Counted from the stretch's first letter, positions 40,666 to 55,505 are shown. The stretch is 64,000 nt of DNA from Octopus vulgaris (GCA_951406725.2 OX597821.1:46376001-46440000); one strand, 5' to 3'. The notes: generated from the letters alone by a model not told the origin. A program made the numbers and translations.

Positions 40666-40735
40666 ATAATAGTTATCGCCATACTAATATGGCATTCTTA
40701 TAAGAATGCCATATTAGTATGGCGATAACTATTAT
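40666..40735. repeat. Perfect 70-bp palindrome
   Basis: ataatagttatcgccatactaatatggcattctta|taagaatgccatattagtatggcgataactattat. Confidence 0.95.
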
Positions 40736-40803
40736 ATATATATATATATGTATTTGTATATATATATATGTATATATAAATATATATGGATATATATATA
40801 TAT

Positions 40804-40855
<52 letters not shown>

Positions 40856-41027
40856 GAATAAGAAAAAGAAAGTACTTAAGTACAGCATTATATATATTTG
40901 TAAAAACGATTAGCGATTGAGTTCTTGGGGTAATTTTTATGAAATAAAAATTATCCCCAAAAGCCATATCTACTCATTTTTTCAAAACACACACACACAC
41001 ACATACATATAAGTATGCATATATATG

Positions 41028-41092
<65 letters not shown>

Positions 41093-41202
41093 GTACATCC
41101 ATGTACGTGCGTGTGTATGTGTACATATATACATACATATATATAGTCTATGTATATATGTATATATGTATATTTATATATATGTATATATATATATGTA
41201 TG

Positions 41203-41239
<37 letters not shown>

Positions 41240-41249
41240 TGTGTATGTG

Positions 41250-41282
<33 letters not shown>

Positions 41283-41317
41283 GTATATCTATATATATGT
41301 ATATCTATATATATGTA

Positions 41318-41376
<59 letters not shown>

Positions 41377-41427
41377 ATATGTATATCTATATATATGTAT
41401 ATCTATATATATGTATATATGTATATA

Positions 41428-41546
<119 letters not shown>

Positions 41547-41838
41547 GTGCTGATACATATGTGGAAGAAAATCGCATACCTATACATTAATGTAAATTAT
41601 TATAGCGTATATTTGAAAATTAAACATTTCAGAGTATGTACTTTTTAATACATAGTCCCATGAGGGTATTTGGGGTGTTTAGTTAGTTGTACCTTATGTA
41701 GCATTGCCTCTTTCGGGGAACTGGCTCTCCTGAGTAACCTCCTCTGCTACATCCACACCCAGCCTGATGCTCTTCTCATTCATCCTCCACCCTGTATATA
41801 CATGCATTGCGTATTTTGTGTGTGTGTGTGTGAATTCG

Positions 41839-42166
41839 GAGACCCCCTTCGGTCACGACACAGACCATGGGATTGCACCTAGAAAGTTACCCTCCTAGAC
41901 ACAAGTCCGGGCAAGGTTGTTTATGGAAGACCAGCAGTCGCCCATGCATACCAGCCTCCCCTCTCCACGCCACCAGTGTTATCCAAGGGAAAGACAAAGG
42001 TCGATACAGTTTGGCACCAGTGACGTCGCAACTCATTTCTACAGCTGAGTGAACTGGAGCAACGTGAAATAAAGTGCCTTGCTCAAGAACACAACATGCA
42101 GCCCGGTCCGGGATTCGAGCTCACAACCTCACGATCGTAAGCTCGACGCTCTAACCACTGAGCCAT

Positions 42167-42170
<4 letters not shown>
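41839..42170 (-). mobile_element. SINE family C
   Basis: Reverse complement of 3524-3853. Confidence 0.88.
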
Positions 42171-42231
<61 letters not shown>

Positions 42232-42349
42232 TATATATATATGTATATATGCATATATATATATAGATATGCATATATATATGTATATATACATATATAT
42301 ATGCATATATATACGTACATTTATATATATATATATATATATTTATATA

Positions 42350-42532
42350 TCGCTTGACAACCGATGCTGGTGTGTTTATGTCCCCATCACTTAGCGGTTC
42401 GGCAAAAGAGACCGATAGAATAAGTACTGGGCTTACAGGGAATAAGTCCCGGGGTCGATTTGCTCGACTAAAGGCGGTGCTCCAGCATGGCCACAGTCAA
42501 ATGACTGAAACAAGTAAAAGAGGTAAAAGAGG

Positions 42533-42569
<37 letters not shown>

Positions 42570-42638
42570 TTGTATATATATATATTTGTATGTATATATT
42601 TGTGTATTCTTTTATTTCTCCCTCTCTCCTCCTTCCCC

Positions 42639-42686
<48 letters not shown>

Positions 42687-42695
42687 ACATATACA

Positions 42696-42729
<34 letters not shown>

Positions 42730-42918
42730 CATACATACATATATACTCTTTTGCCGGAACACTGCCTTATACGTATTTTTTTAGTCGAGAAAATCCACCA
42801 AAGGACTTATTCTTTACAAACTTAGTACTTAATTTATCGGTCTCCTTTGCCGAACTGGGGCGTAAACATAGCAACGTCGGATGTCAATCATTGGTGTGGG
42901 GACAAACATAGACACAAA

Positions 42919-42961
<43 letters not shown>

Positions 42962-43158
42962 ACACACACTCACACACACACGCACACACACACACACACA
43001 CGAATATATGCATATATAGAATGGGTTTATTTCAGTTTTCGTCAAAATGCTTTGCTCGACACGAGACTATAGTAGAAGATACTTGGGCCAAGCAGTGGGA
43101 CTGAACCCGGAACCATGTGGCTGGAAGGCAAAGTTCTTTCAACACATCCACGTCTGCA
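42350..43158. mobile_element. Two SINE family A fragments (42350-42530 on +; 42780-43158 on -)
   Basis: Shared SINE A blocks in opposite orientations. Confidence 0.75.
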
Positions 43159-43245
43159 TATGAGTATATATAAATACATACATTCAAACATATATATGTA
43201 TGTATGTATGTATCCACGTATGTGTGTATGTGTATATATATATAC

Positions 43246-43276
<31 letters not shown>

Positions 43277-43478
43277 CATATACGCACACACATTCACACA
43301 CAGTCAGATATATATGTATGTTTGTAAATATATATATATATATATATATATGTATATGTATATACATATATACATATATACACACACGCACGCACACATG
43401 CACGCACACACGCACACACATATATATTATAATTTAGAACAAACAGTAAGTTGTCATTATAGTACTCGGTGTACTATA

Positions 43479-43545
<67 letters not shown>

Positions 43546-43550
43546 ATATA

Positions 43551-43581
<31 letters not shown>

Positions 43582-43775
43582 GATAAAGATAAATTAAATA
43601 TAGAAATATTCTCTTGACAATCAAATAATATTTTTATATTACAATATTGCATTAAATACTATGAATATAATACATAACAACATCACATTATATAAATAAT
43701 TATAAAAATCTCTAACGGCCAACAAATTGTTTCAACTCAAATTTTTTTAATTTCTGATATACATAATCACAGTTC

Positions 43776-43820
<45 letters not shown>

Positions 43821-43914
43821 ATAAAATTAATTAAGGGTAGAAATCAATATTTATCAATTAAAACCAGTGGTCTAGCATATTAAAAAAAGAATCCGTAGAT
43901 TAAATATTTATATA

Positions 43915-44062
43915 TACCAATTAAGTGACTGAACACGAAAAGTGGACAGTCAACATATATAGACGTCAAATCGCCATTCTCCATAATCTCTTGTGGAGAA
44001 TGGCGATTTGACGTCTATATCTAGCATGTTGACTGTCCACTTTTCGTGTTCAGTCCTTAATT

Positions 44063-44066
<4 letters not shown>
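43915..44066. repeat. Fold-back palindrome (~70-bp arms)
   Basis: taccaattaag.gactgaacacgaaaagtggacagtcaacat...gacgtcaaatcgccattctcca / tggagaatggcgatttgacgtc...ttaattggta. Confidence 0.92.
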
Positions 44067-44120
<54 letters not shown>

Positions 44121-44121
<1 letters not shown>

Positions 44122-44237
44122 TCACTTCAGGTTCCTTGGTTCCGTATGAAAGGATGCCTGGATTGTAAAAATTTTTACAATCCAGGCATCTTTTCATACG
44201 GAATTTCGTCATTCTGAATCAAGGACCTGGAAGTGAC
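44121..44237. repeat. Imperfect fold-back palindrome
   Basis: ttccgtatgaaaggatgcctggattgtaaaaa|tttttacaatccaggcatcttttcatacggaa, with outer gtcacttc/gaagtgac. Confidence 0.9.
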
Positions 44238-44535
44238 TATATATATAATGGAACTGTGATTATGTAAAACCCCAGATTGAAGGGATAATTACATATCTAC
44301 TTTATATGATATATTCGAGATCCCTGAAGTTTCTTTCTGTTTCTCAGTAATGCTGTTGTTATACTTCAAATAAATTTTGACAATTTACAGTGACTTTCGT
44401 TGTCAATACCACGTTTTGGATGAGTTGCTTAGTACATATGTATCTATTATCTTCACACTCACCCAACCACACACAAGAAGAGGCACACACTCACAAATCT
44501 TGAAATCTTAATTTATTCCGTCCCTATCACGCGCG

Positions 44536-44566
<31 letters not shown>

Positions 44567-44637
44567 AAATGATAATAAAACTCTACAGATGTGGTATTAT
44601 GTCTTAGGATGTTTATTTACATTATTTACATTATTTA

Positions 44638-44729
44638 CATTATTTACATTTGACGGATATTTGTCCTCGTCTTGTTTGTTGTTAACACCAAACACGATGA
44701 GGACAAATATCCGTCAAATGTAAATAATG
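44638..44729. repeat. Fold-back palindrome preceded by (attatttac)n tandem
   Basis: cattatttacatttgacggatatttgtcctc / gaggacaaatatccgtcaaatgtaaataatg. Confidence 0.9.
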
Positions 44730-44804
44730 CAAATAAAACTCAAGTGCAGTCTTTTGGACTACAGTTCACATATCCTGACTAGTGCAGCTGGTAGATGCAT
44801 AGAG

Positions 44805-44894
<90 letters not shown>

Positions 44895-45065
44895 GCCTGT
44901 CTGTCTGTCTGTCCGTCCGTCCGTCCGTCCGTCTGTCTGCCTGCCTGCCTGTCTGTCTGCCTGCCTGTCTGTCTATCTGTCTGTCTATCTGTCTGTCTGT
45001 CCGTCCGTCCGTCCGTCCTTCCGTCCGCCTGCCTGTCTGTCTGCCTGCCTGTCTATCTATCTATC

Positions 45066-45154
<89 letters not shown>

Positions 45155-45420
45155 CCCACCTATGTATGAACGTGTATGCGTAAATGTTTGGTATGTTTGT
45201 GTGCGAGTGTATGTATGCGCGCGCATTTATAAACAACATGAGGTATAATGTGACGCCATTTGCATGAAGAACATATTAACTGGAGATTAAGTTCTATGTG
45301 GGTCAATGCTCTAATTGAACTCTTGTATCCGTTGTTATATCATGCATTATTTTCATAGTTTCCTTTTAGAGAAAAGAATAGTTTTAATTTCATCGTAAGC
45401 AGATTTTTGTTTTACTGTAG

Positions 45421-45526
45421 CAGATTCGAAACTGGATCGCTGGACAGCCGTGCGGATGCCACGTTAAGATTCACTGTCGTTGTATGTGATCGACCGAATA
45501 ACCGACCAGTCAGTGCCAAGCTCTAA
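45421..45526 (+). CDS. Possible terminal host exon (RFETGSLDSRADATLRFTVVVCDRPNNRPVSAKL*)
   Basis: Acceptor tttttgttttactgtag(cag), phase 2. Followed by about 1.2 kb of unique AT-rich UTR-like DNA with AATAAA sites. No homology recognised. Confidence 0.35.
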
Positions 45527-46778
45527 CGACTCCATTCCCATTTTCTACTCACCAGCCATGTTGATAGAAGGTACAGATTTCCCAGTTGTGAAGTGCTAAT
45601 CACAGATTGATATGCACCAGCTATTTTGTCGTAGTAGTACCCACTTATTCTTCACCCTAAAACCTGCACAGAAATGTGCAGCAGAGCCCTAGAAAGACAT
45701 TTTCGTTAACCACAAGCATCAATGAATAATCACCTTACGACAATTCTTCTCAGTCCTAATTGCTTGTCTTAATCACATTTCCTTCCCTTACACTAGATTT
45801 TTCTCCGTCCCTAATCGCTCAGTCATCACTAGATGTTTCAGATATTTTTGTGCCTTATTTCCACTGTAACATTTTTGCTTTCCTAATAATTTCAAGTCCA
45901 CCATAGTTTCCTATCATGATTTGTAATTTTCACTATTAAAATGATGCAATTATCCTTTCTGTAGATTATAAACTACTCAATAGAATTCTTCTAATGCTTC
46001 GTAACATGACTTCTGTTTTGAATACATCTTATGAAATATTATAAAATGCAAATTTATTCAACGGTCACAAACCTGTAACTCCCCAATAACATGTACATTC
46101 TTTTTGAAATTCTTTTTGTATTGTACATTTTTTTTCGACAATAAATTCTATTTTATATTGTAAATTAATTTGAGCTTAATCTCACATACTTAAATACATA
46201 TTTATTTTAACATAAAACATCTTTGTTTCCTCACCATAGACATTAAGGTGATAGAATCTGTTTAAAAAAAAAAACATGGAACAAATCTACCTCCCAAGAC
46301 CTTAAAATGGAGACAGTAATATATTAACGAGTAGAAATCTGATGTGTATAATTTATACCGTTTTTCACATGCTCTCACTGTATATCTGCCAACATAAACG
46401 TCTAACAAAAACGATTTAAACTTTGAAAAGACTGCTCCGTAGATTTGGCTAATTGATTGATCAGCTAATGGACCAATTAAGCATGCAACCTCAATGTACA
46501 GCGGAAGTAATTTGCTGACCCGTCGGAAACACGTGTAAACGAAATAAATAGTACAGTAAATGCTTCTTCGTTCTCTGTTTCGTTAGTAATATACTCTTTG
46601 ATCAATAAACAAAGAATATTAAGTGTGCCTGTCACAAGAAAAGTAACTTCCTATACGGATTATTGTGATTTTGACTGAACAATTTTGTTAGCTGGATTCA
46701 CTTACAGAAAGTGCGTACGGTAGTATTCGCTTGGGTTTATTTAATCCTGTTTTCCTTCATTACACAAACACACACACA

Positions 46779-46855
<77 letters not shown>

Positions 46856-47175
46856 GTAATATTTTTATCCAACTTAATATGGATGTTTTGCTAGAACACC
46901 AAATACTGCTTTATTAGCCTTGAGTGATCTCATATAGGCGCTCGGTGCATAAAAGAAAACCCGTGGATCGGAGCAGACTACAAACGTCAGGCATAAGTGC
47001 CTGAATTCCCATATCACGTGATTTCATTCTACAGGAAATCATATTTGCGACATCAGTGTCTGAAAGGATGTGGATATTCTCTATATATTCTACATAACGT
47101 TGCAACGAGATTTGACTTAACCATGTTAAGTTGGATATAAACATTATCTTTCGGTATTATTACTGCTTCCGTCTC

Positions 47176-48215
<1,040 letters not shown>

Positions 48216-48772
48216 ATGCCATGATGCAGTATCAGACAGTGGCTCTCATGGCTTCTGATCTTAACTGATTGGAAGTGTTATCATGTACGTTGTTTTGTCT
48301 TGGTATAAAAGATGGGCTACAGCAAATATTTTGCTCAGTACCACAGATTTGCTTGTCAGTTGTTTGACCTTAACCAGTTGAGCATGTCCCTTAGTGGCTG
48401 ACGATATGTGCATCTCTGATCATGAGCAGAAGTAGTGGGGGAGCATCATAGCCAAGTGTTGAGAGGGATTCTTTGGGGTTTGAATAATTCACTCCTGGAA
48501 ACATGGGTGTTTCATTCAACATCCTTAAACAATCCTTATTTTGGGACCTTTTGAGCAGGATGGGTTACTCGACCAGAAGAAAATTCTAACTGGGCCCCAT
48601 CTGCAAGGTCATGCGCTGTTTATCTTGATATGAGATCACCATGTCGCGCACATATGGTTGTGATGTATGTGCCTGGTGTATCCTTATCAGACGGGTAGTC
48701 ATGATGGGTATACTGGGCTTTGTATATTTTACCCCATTGTCACTTTGATGGCATGCACTGCTCTCTCACTCA
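48216..48772 (+). mobile_element. Repeat family E, longest copy
   Basis: Matches 38985-39411 and, inverted, 9690-9850. Flanked on both sides by (AAT)n. Confidence 0.78.
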
Positions 48773-48775
48773 ATG

Positions 48776-48840
<65 letters not shown>

Positions 48841-48849
48841 AATAATGAT

Positions 48850-49078
48850 TTCTTTATTAACCACAAGGGTTTACACTACGAAAAACCTTATGAACTGTAC
48901 AGGACAAAACAAAGAATGTGTGTGTGTGTGTGTGTGTATGTGCTGTTGTGAGGGTTTTGCATGTAAACAAGGCTCACAAAATTAGAAAAAGTCAATGTGT
49001 GATCCTCAATAGGTAGGAGACCCCATAAAAAAACATGTATACCCTGACTTTTGGGGCAGTTGCCTTTTTCCTTTTTCT
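48850..49078 (-). mobile_element. 3' UTR of the Tx1/L1-like remnant interrupted by the RTE
   Basis: Minus strand ends cccttgtggttaataaagaaa, like 29225-29250. Continues the element at 52965-54185 across the RTE TSD. Confidence 0.6.
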
Positions 49079-49091
49079 ATTTTCTAACTAC

Positions 49092-52000
49092 TACTACTAT
49101 GGCAATCCCTCAAGGTCGAGGATGATGGTCTTCGCGCAAATTTATTGGTGAGTCCGCAGATGACTGATAAGACCAATTCTTGCTCGAAAAGATCGGTCAC
49201 AGTGCGGACATCTAGTGCCGGAAGGGAGAGTCGAACGTGGTTGTTGTTGGCGCTCCTTCCGTCGTCGTCTTTTCTCCTCCAGCTCTGCAGACCTTTTCGA
49301 CTCGAAATTCGCCGTTCCCTCATGGATGGTGGTTTTCCAGAGTGGTCTGTTTTTTGCCGTTTCCTCCCAGTTGGTGAAGTCAATGTCACACTTTTTGAGG
49401 TTCGATTTCAGGGAGTCCTTGTAGCGTTTCTTCTGGCCTCCTTTTGTACGCTTGCCGTCTTTGAGTTGGGAGTAGAAGATCTGTTTGGGAAGTCGTTCGT
49501 CAGTCATTCTAACCACGTGGCCGCTCCATCTTAGTTGGCCTTTGATGACATAGGCTTCGATGCTGGTCATTTTTGCTTCTTGTAGCACGCTGACGTTAGT
49601 TCTTCTGTCTTCCCAGCTGATGTTGAGGATCTTCCGAAGACAGCGTTGGTGAAATTTCTCGAGCGTTTTCAGGTGGTGACTATACGGGGTCCAGGTTTCG
49701 GATGCGTAAAGGAGGGTTGGAATAATGACTGCCCTGTACACCATGAGTTTGGTTTCGGTTCGGATGTCCCGATCAGCAAAAACTCTTGTTCGAAGCTTGC
49801 CGAAAGCTGTTCCTGCACACTTCAGACGGTGTTGGATTTCATCGCTGAGGTCTACCTTTGCTGACAGATGGCTCCCAAGGTAGCAGAAGTGGTTCACATT
49901 TTCCAGTGGATTTCCTTCGAGTTGAATCGATGGCGGGTTGTCAACACGGGCATTGGGGGGAGGTTGGTAGAGTAAGTGAGTCTTCTTGATGTTGATGCTC
50001 AGTCCAAGTTTAGTATATGCATGATGAAAAGCATTTAGGATCTGTTGGACGTGATCCTCTCTGTGAGCTGCTACACTGTTGTCGTCGGCATATTGGAACT
50101 CTAGCAAGCTTCGCACCATTGTCTTTGACGTACTTTTGAGACGAGCGAGGTTGAAAAGCTTGCCGTCCATTCTGTACGAGATCTCGATGCCAGGTGGAAG
50201 GTCATCTCGTATGATGTGCAACACTGTCGCGATAAAGATGGTAAAGAGAGTTGGCGCTATCACGCAGCCTTGCTTCACTCCGGAGGTGACTTTAAAGGGC
50301 TCAGAACTGCCTCCGTCGGTCTGGACTCTGGCGTGCATATTGTCGTGGAGGAGTTTGAGGATCCGGATGAACTTATCTGGGCATCCATACTGGGCGAGAA
50401 TATCCCAGAGGAGCTCTCGCGAGACACCATCAAAGGTTTTGGATAGGTCGATAAAGGCCAAGTAGAGCGGTTGGTGTTACTCACGACATTTTTCTTGTAG
50501 CTGTCGCAGCGTGAAGATCATGTCGGTTGTGCTTCGTGATGGCCTAAAGCCGGTCTGCGTCTCAGGAAGGATCCTCTCTGACAGCATTCTGAGACGGTTG
50601 TTCAGGATGCGTGCAAGAATCTTCCCAGCAGTTGCCAATAAGGAAATACCCCGGTAATTTCCACACTCAGAACGATCGCCCTTTCTTTTGTAAATGGTAA
50701 TGATGTTGGCATCCCTGAAGTCGGATGGTACTACTTCATTTGTCCAGATTTTGACCAAGAGTTGGTGGAGCTGGTGTAGGACAAAATTACCTCCCAGTTT
50801 GTAGATCTCAGCTGGGATTCCGTCCGAACCCGCGGCTTTGTTGTTCTTTATCGCTGTGATAGCAATTTTGACCTCTTCGAGGGATGGAATTTGAGCGAGA
50901 GAGTAATCTTTGGCCTCTTTAGGGATCATGTCAAGTATGCTTTTGTCAAAGGTAGCTTTGTGATTGAGGAGGTCATCGAAGTGTTCTCTCCATCTGTCTC
51001 CTATTTCGGTGTTGCTTTTCAGGATGGTCGCTCCGTCTTTACTCTTCAAAGGAGCCTGTCCATGTGTGGAAGGTCCGTATATTTCTTTCGTGGCTTTGAA
51101 GAACCCTCTGGTGTCGTTTACATCTGCTAGCTGCTGGATTTCACGAGATTTGTGTCTCCACCACTGGTTCTTCAGGGTGCGGGTTGTCCTTTGAACTGCG
51201 GCTTTGCACTTTTTGAAATACTCTCGTTTAGTGGCAGACTTTGGATCATTCTGTGAGCTGATGAAAGCTTTCCGTTTTTGGTCGATCAGTTCTTTGAGAG
51301 CTTCATCATTGTCGTCGAACCAGTCCTGGTGTTTCCTTTTCTTGCGACCGATGGTTTCTTCGCAAGCGGTGATGATGGTTTCTTTCAGCTGGTTCCAATT
51401 TTCTTCGACGAGATGATTTGGAGTCTTATTTTGAAGATTGACCTGTAGGCGCTGCTGGAAAGCGACACGAGTTTTTGGGTCTTGCAGTGCTTCGATGTTG
51501 AATTTCTTTACTCTGCTTTCCTTGCTGTGATATTTCACTTTTGGTCGGAGTTTGATTTTCATGGTGGAGGCGATGAGGCGATGATCTGTCCAGCACTCAT
51601 CTGCTCCAGTGGCGGCTCTGGTGAGCAACACATCTTGCTGGTCTCGGGATCTCACGATGACAGAGTCGATGAGATGCCATTGTTTAGATCTTGGATGCTG
51701 CCATGAGACCTTATATCGATTCTTCTGGCGAAAAAGGGTGTTGGTTATCACCAGGTTATGTTCAGCACATTTGGTGAGTAGCAGAGTTCCATTGGCATTG
51801 ACTTTTCCCACTCCTTCCTTTCCGATGGTTCCTGTCCAGAGTTCACGATCTCTCCCAACTCTGGCGTTGAAATCTCCCAGGAGAATGATCTTGTCGTCCT
51901 TTGGGACGGTAGAGAGAATGCTGTCGAGCTGGCTGTAAAACTTTTCCTTGACTAAATCCTCCGCATCAAGGGTGGGAGCATACACGCTGATGATAGTTGC

Positions 52001-52951
52001 GTGCTGACTTTTGACAAGCTGGATTCGGAGGGTCATGAGTCGTGCGGACATTCCGATGGGCTGCTCTGTCAGTTTGGATAGGATGGTGTTTCGTATTGCA
52101 AAACCCACACCATGGATCTGTTAATGGTCGGGATCGTAACCTTTCCAGGAAAAGGTGTATTGACCGCCTTCTTCTCTCAGCCGGCCTTCTCCGGCTCTCC
52201 GGGTTTCACTGAGAGCTACGATGTCAAAATTGAATCGATGGAGTTCCCGGGCGATGATTGCAGTTCGCCTTTCGGGTCTGTCTGAGTTGGTGTTATCTAT
52301 GAGAGTCCTGACATTCCAGGTCCCAAATTTCAGTGTTGCGTATCTTGATCTTGATTTTCGACCGCATAATGGTGATCCCTCTGGACGCGGTTTTCCAGAC
52401 AGGATTGGGGTGAAGTAGACTATGTTTAGGGCACCTTTTCTAGCCCCTTCCCAATTCAGGGTGAGCAGAGTGGATTCCAAACAGGGCTGCTCAGTCGTGG
52501 ATACTGCTGCCGAACATCTTCCCTGCTTCTTCCGAAAGATAGAGCGACTGAATCATGTAACCACCGCATCCGTGCCGGTTCTGCACTAGGAGCCTCCAGC
52601 TTTCACGAGCCTGCTCCCGTCATCCATTGGAAAGAAGAAGAAGAGCGGTGGCGAAGACGCCTGTGCGTGAAATTGTTTACCGTGTGCAAAAGCTCAGCCC
52701 CTCCTCCACGTGGTGCAGACTGGGCAACGCGAACAAGCCAGCTGTGTTAGCGGCAAACGGGGCTCTGACAGTCATCAAGTCCTCAACGGTGGAACAGGCG
52801 GATGAAGTTGCCTTAACAACTCAACGGTTGTGAAGGCGGACGAAGGCTGCAGCAGACCATCGACTCCAATCGTCTCAGTTTACCTTGCCATTGGGTCAAG
52901 TTGGTGGTCTGTCAAGTTTACGTGCGCTTTACTGGGCGTGCGACCTCAAGC
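49092..52951 (-). mobile_element. Full-length RTE-clade LINE with 13-bp TSD
   Basis: TSD attttctaactac at 49079-49091 and 52952-52964. ~470-nt 5' UTR, single long reading frame, short 3' UTR stem-loop and (TAG)n tail. Confidence 0.93.
49142..52480 (-). pseudogene. RTE ORF (APE endonuclease, RT, C-terminal C2H2) with two in-frame TAA stops
   Basis: Three track ORFs share one frame, split only by TAA at 52121-52123 and 50477-50479. Motifs GTWNVRTL, ALSET, GDFNA, TDH, NYRGISLL, GVKQGC, QYADD and CPHC..HLRTH. Confidence 0.95.
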
Positions 52952-52964
52952 ATTTTCTAACTAC

Positions 52965-54185
52965 AGACATATGCTCAGGGTAGGCCTGTTCACTCGCACC
53001 ATTCTCACCACTTTCATTCACCTTTCAGCAATTTGGCTAGAAGCCAACACTCGGGCACTGGACGAGTGCAGGCAGGACCATCTCCTCGTCCTGCGTGCAT
53101 CTCGGAATGCTCGGATGACGGCACTTCCGTGCCTATAAAGTTTATCTCGAACAAGCAAAGTTCCCCAGTAGCACTACCAGGCCAGAGACTTTTAGATGTT
53201 ATCTATCGGTCCCAGGCCGAAAGTGCTCCGGTAAAGAGCGGCTAGTTGATCGTCGACGCCCAGGGTCTCCCCAAAGACGTCGTCGCATTTTCCTCCACTA
53301 TCCGCTATAAAAAGCTAAAGTGGACGTTCCACCGTTCGCAGTGTCGGATTGGCTGAGGGCTGTGGGCGCTTGAAGACATTCCACTTTCCAAGTGCTCCTT
53401 CCCGGTTTCTGTTTTATTCATGACTGCAGCTCAGTAAAAGAAACTAGCTGCAAAAATACGTGCCTTGTGAACGACGACCGCACCTGTTCACCGTCAAAGA
53501 AACACTGGAGATGTAGTCTCAGTGCATGTCTGCGCATCAGCAACCACTCAGCGAGTGTTGACAGCAGATAAACCGCATGACCATCGGGACGCGTCACTTC
53601 CACAAGAAGCCGAAGAGTATACGCTCCAGCGTAATCAGACAGAGCACTTAAGGCTAGAACAAGGCACAACGTTCAAACGATAGCAGATATACGCGTTAGC
53701 CACCTCTATCTGACATTTCAAAGATAGCTTCCTCTTGGCCCATTTCTGGATGAGAGTAGTTACCCTGCTCGTTACCTCATTCCAGTTTTTGTCCATCGAG
53801 AGGTCCGGACCGAACTAGACCCCAAGCAATGTAAGCGGTCCGTCTGTCCAGCACCTGACGGTGCAGTTGGACGGCACAGACTTGCTTCTCCAGGAACCGA
53901 GACGCAAGACCATTGATTTTTCCTGATTAATCGTCGCTCCTGAAACCGCCTCGTAGTCCCTGAGAGTGGTATCGATAATTTCTATGTGTTTATAATCCGA
54001 CACCACTACTGTGACGTCGTTGGCATATGCCGACACGCATCTCCAATATCCTAGGCCACGCGGGATGCCTCTCAGCGCCTCCAGTTTGTGTTGTAGGGGT
54101 TCGAGAGTCAGTACATAGAAGAGAAACCTTGTCAACCTAAGCGCATGATACTGAACGGCTCTGAGAGGTGACCGTTCCCTCTGAC
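52965..54185 (-). pseudogene. Decayed Tx1/L1-like LINE ORF2 3' half
   Basis: SAYANDV (YADD), INQEKS and LMRRHALRL. Colinear with 27525-28824. Confidence 0.8.
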
Positions 54186-54195
54186 CACTGAACAG

Positions 54196-54288
<93 letters not shown>

Positions 54289-54409
54289 GGGACAGAGGAA
54301 AAGTACACAGGAGATAGTGAAGGAAAGTGTAGAGGTTTAAGAAAGAGAATTCCAAGAAATGTAAGAGAGAAAAAGAAAAGAGGAAAGAAAGAAGAAAGTA
54401 TAAGTGGAA

Positions 54410-55446
54410 CTAAAACCTAGCAAAAAAGGATTTGTACTATAGTTTCTAATGCAAGCATCAGGGACCCACGACTACATGAACTAAAGGGCACACTCATCAT
54501 CAGGAACTACCCACCATCACTAATTGATATATGCTTTCAACGTGCCCTACAACTCAACATTCACGAACTCAGACATCTCAAATTAAAGAAGGGTTTACAA
54601 CCAAAAGCCCTACTATACATCTCCACACACAACCCTCTTAACAACGAAGTCTTCGACACCATCCTCCAAAACATTCTCCTACTAAAAAGGGACTAAAGAA
54701 TGAATTTAATCCTTCAAACGTACACCATCATTATAAAAAGCAAAAGACAGCCCAAATTTATGAAAAGTCTCGACAACACTAGCCGTCAGTAAAAAAAATG
54801 CGGAAATCCTAACTGGAATATGCGTTATCCTAATTGAGGGATCTCTTTCAAAGAGGGCCAACGTTTCAAAGGGAAAAGTAACTTCGAATATGCTTTGGAG
54901 AACCTGACATACGTATTAACCTGCTCTGGGTGTCGAGAGCAATACATAGGCCAAACAAAAAACAGTCTACGTCAAAGGATGGCTCTGTACAGATCCCAGA
55001 TCAAAATCCGGAAAAGCAGAAAAACACCATTCAGCGAACACATCGACATTTGCGCCGATAACAAAAACAACCCATCTTCAGAATTTTTTCCTTCTATTAA
55101 TTCAGGGAGGTTGCAGCCTGTACTCAGCGCATTAGTAAAGAATCATTCTTTATCACAAAATATAAGCCCCTTTTAAATGCATCCACCACAATTGACACTC
55201 TTACAAGGGCCTTAGAATAATACCCATGCAAATATCAAAAACGTTATATTCAAAACAGTCGCTTCACATGAATTTATTCAGAATAATTCCAATCACTACT
55301 ATTACAACAACGGGTCACTTTTAGGTCACTTGACCATTTAAGAGGATTCCACCAGCATCCTACTACTGTCATACCACTCCCGCATTCTTCTTCTTCTTCT
55401 TCTTCTTCTTCTTCTTCTTCTTCTTCTTCTTCTTCTTCTTCTTCTT

Positions 55447-55505
<59 letters not shown>

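Noticed and set aside
50477-52123. Idea that the two RTE TAA stops are recoded (readthrough or A-to-I editing)
   Set aside because: Single C-to-T changes from CAA explain them simply; editing would need two events per codon and would give Trp. No evidence in the sequence.
52850-52951. Possible HDV-like ribozyme at the RTE 5' end
   Set aside because: A cagacca/tggtctg stem is visible, but I could not build the nested double pseudoknot by eye; it needs a descriptor search.
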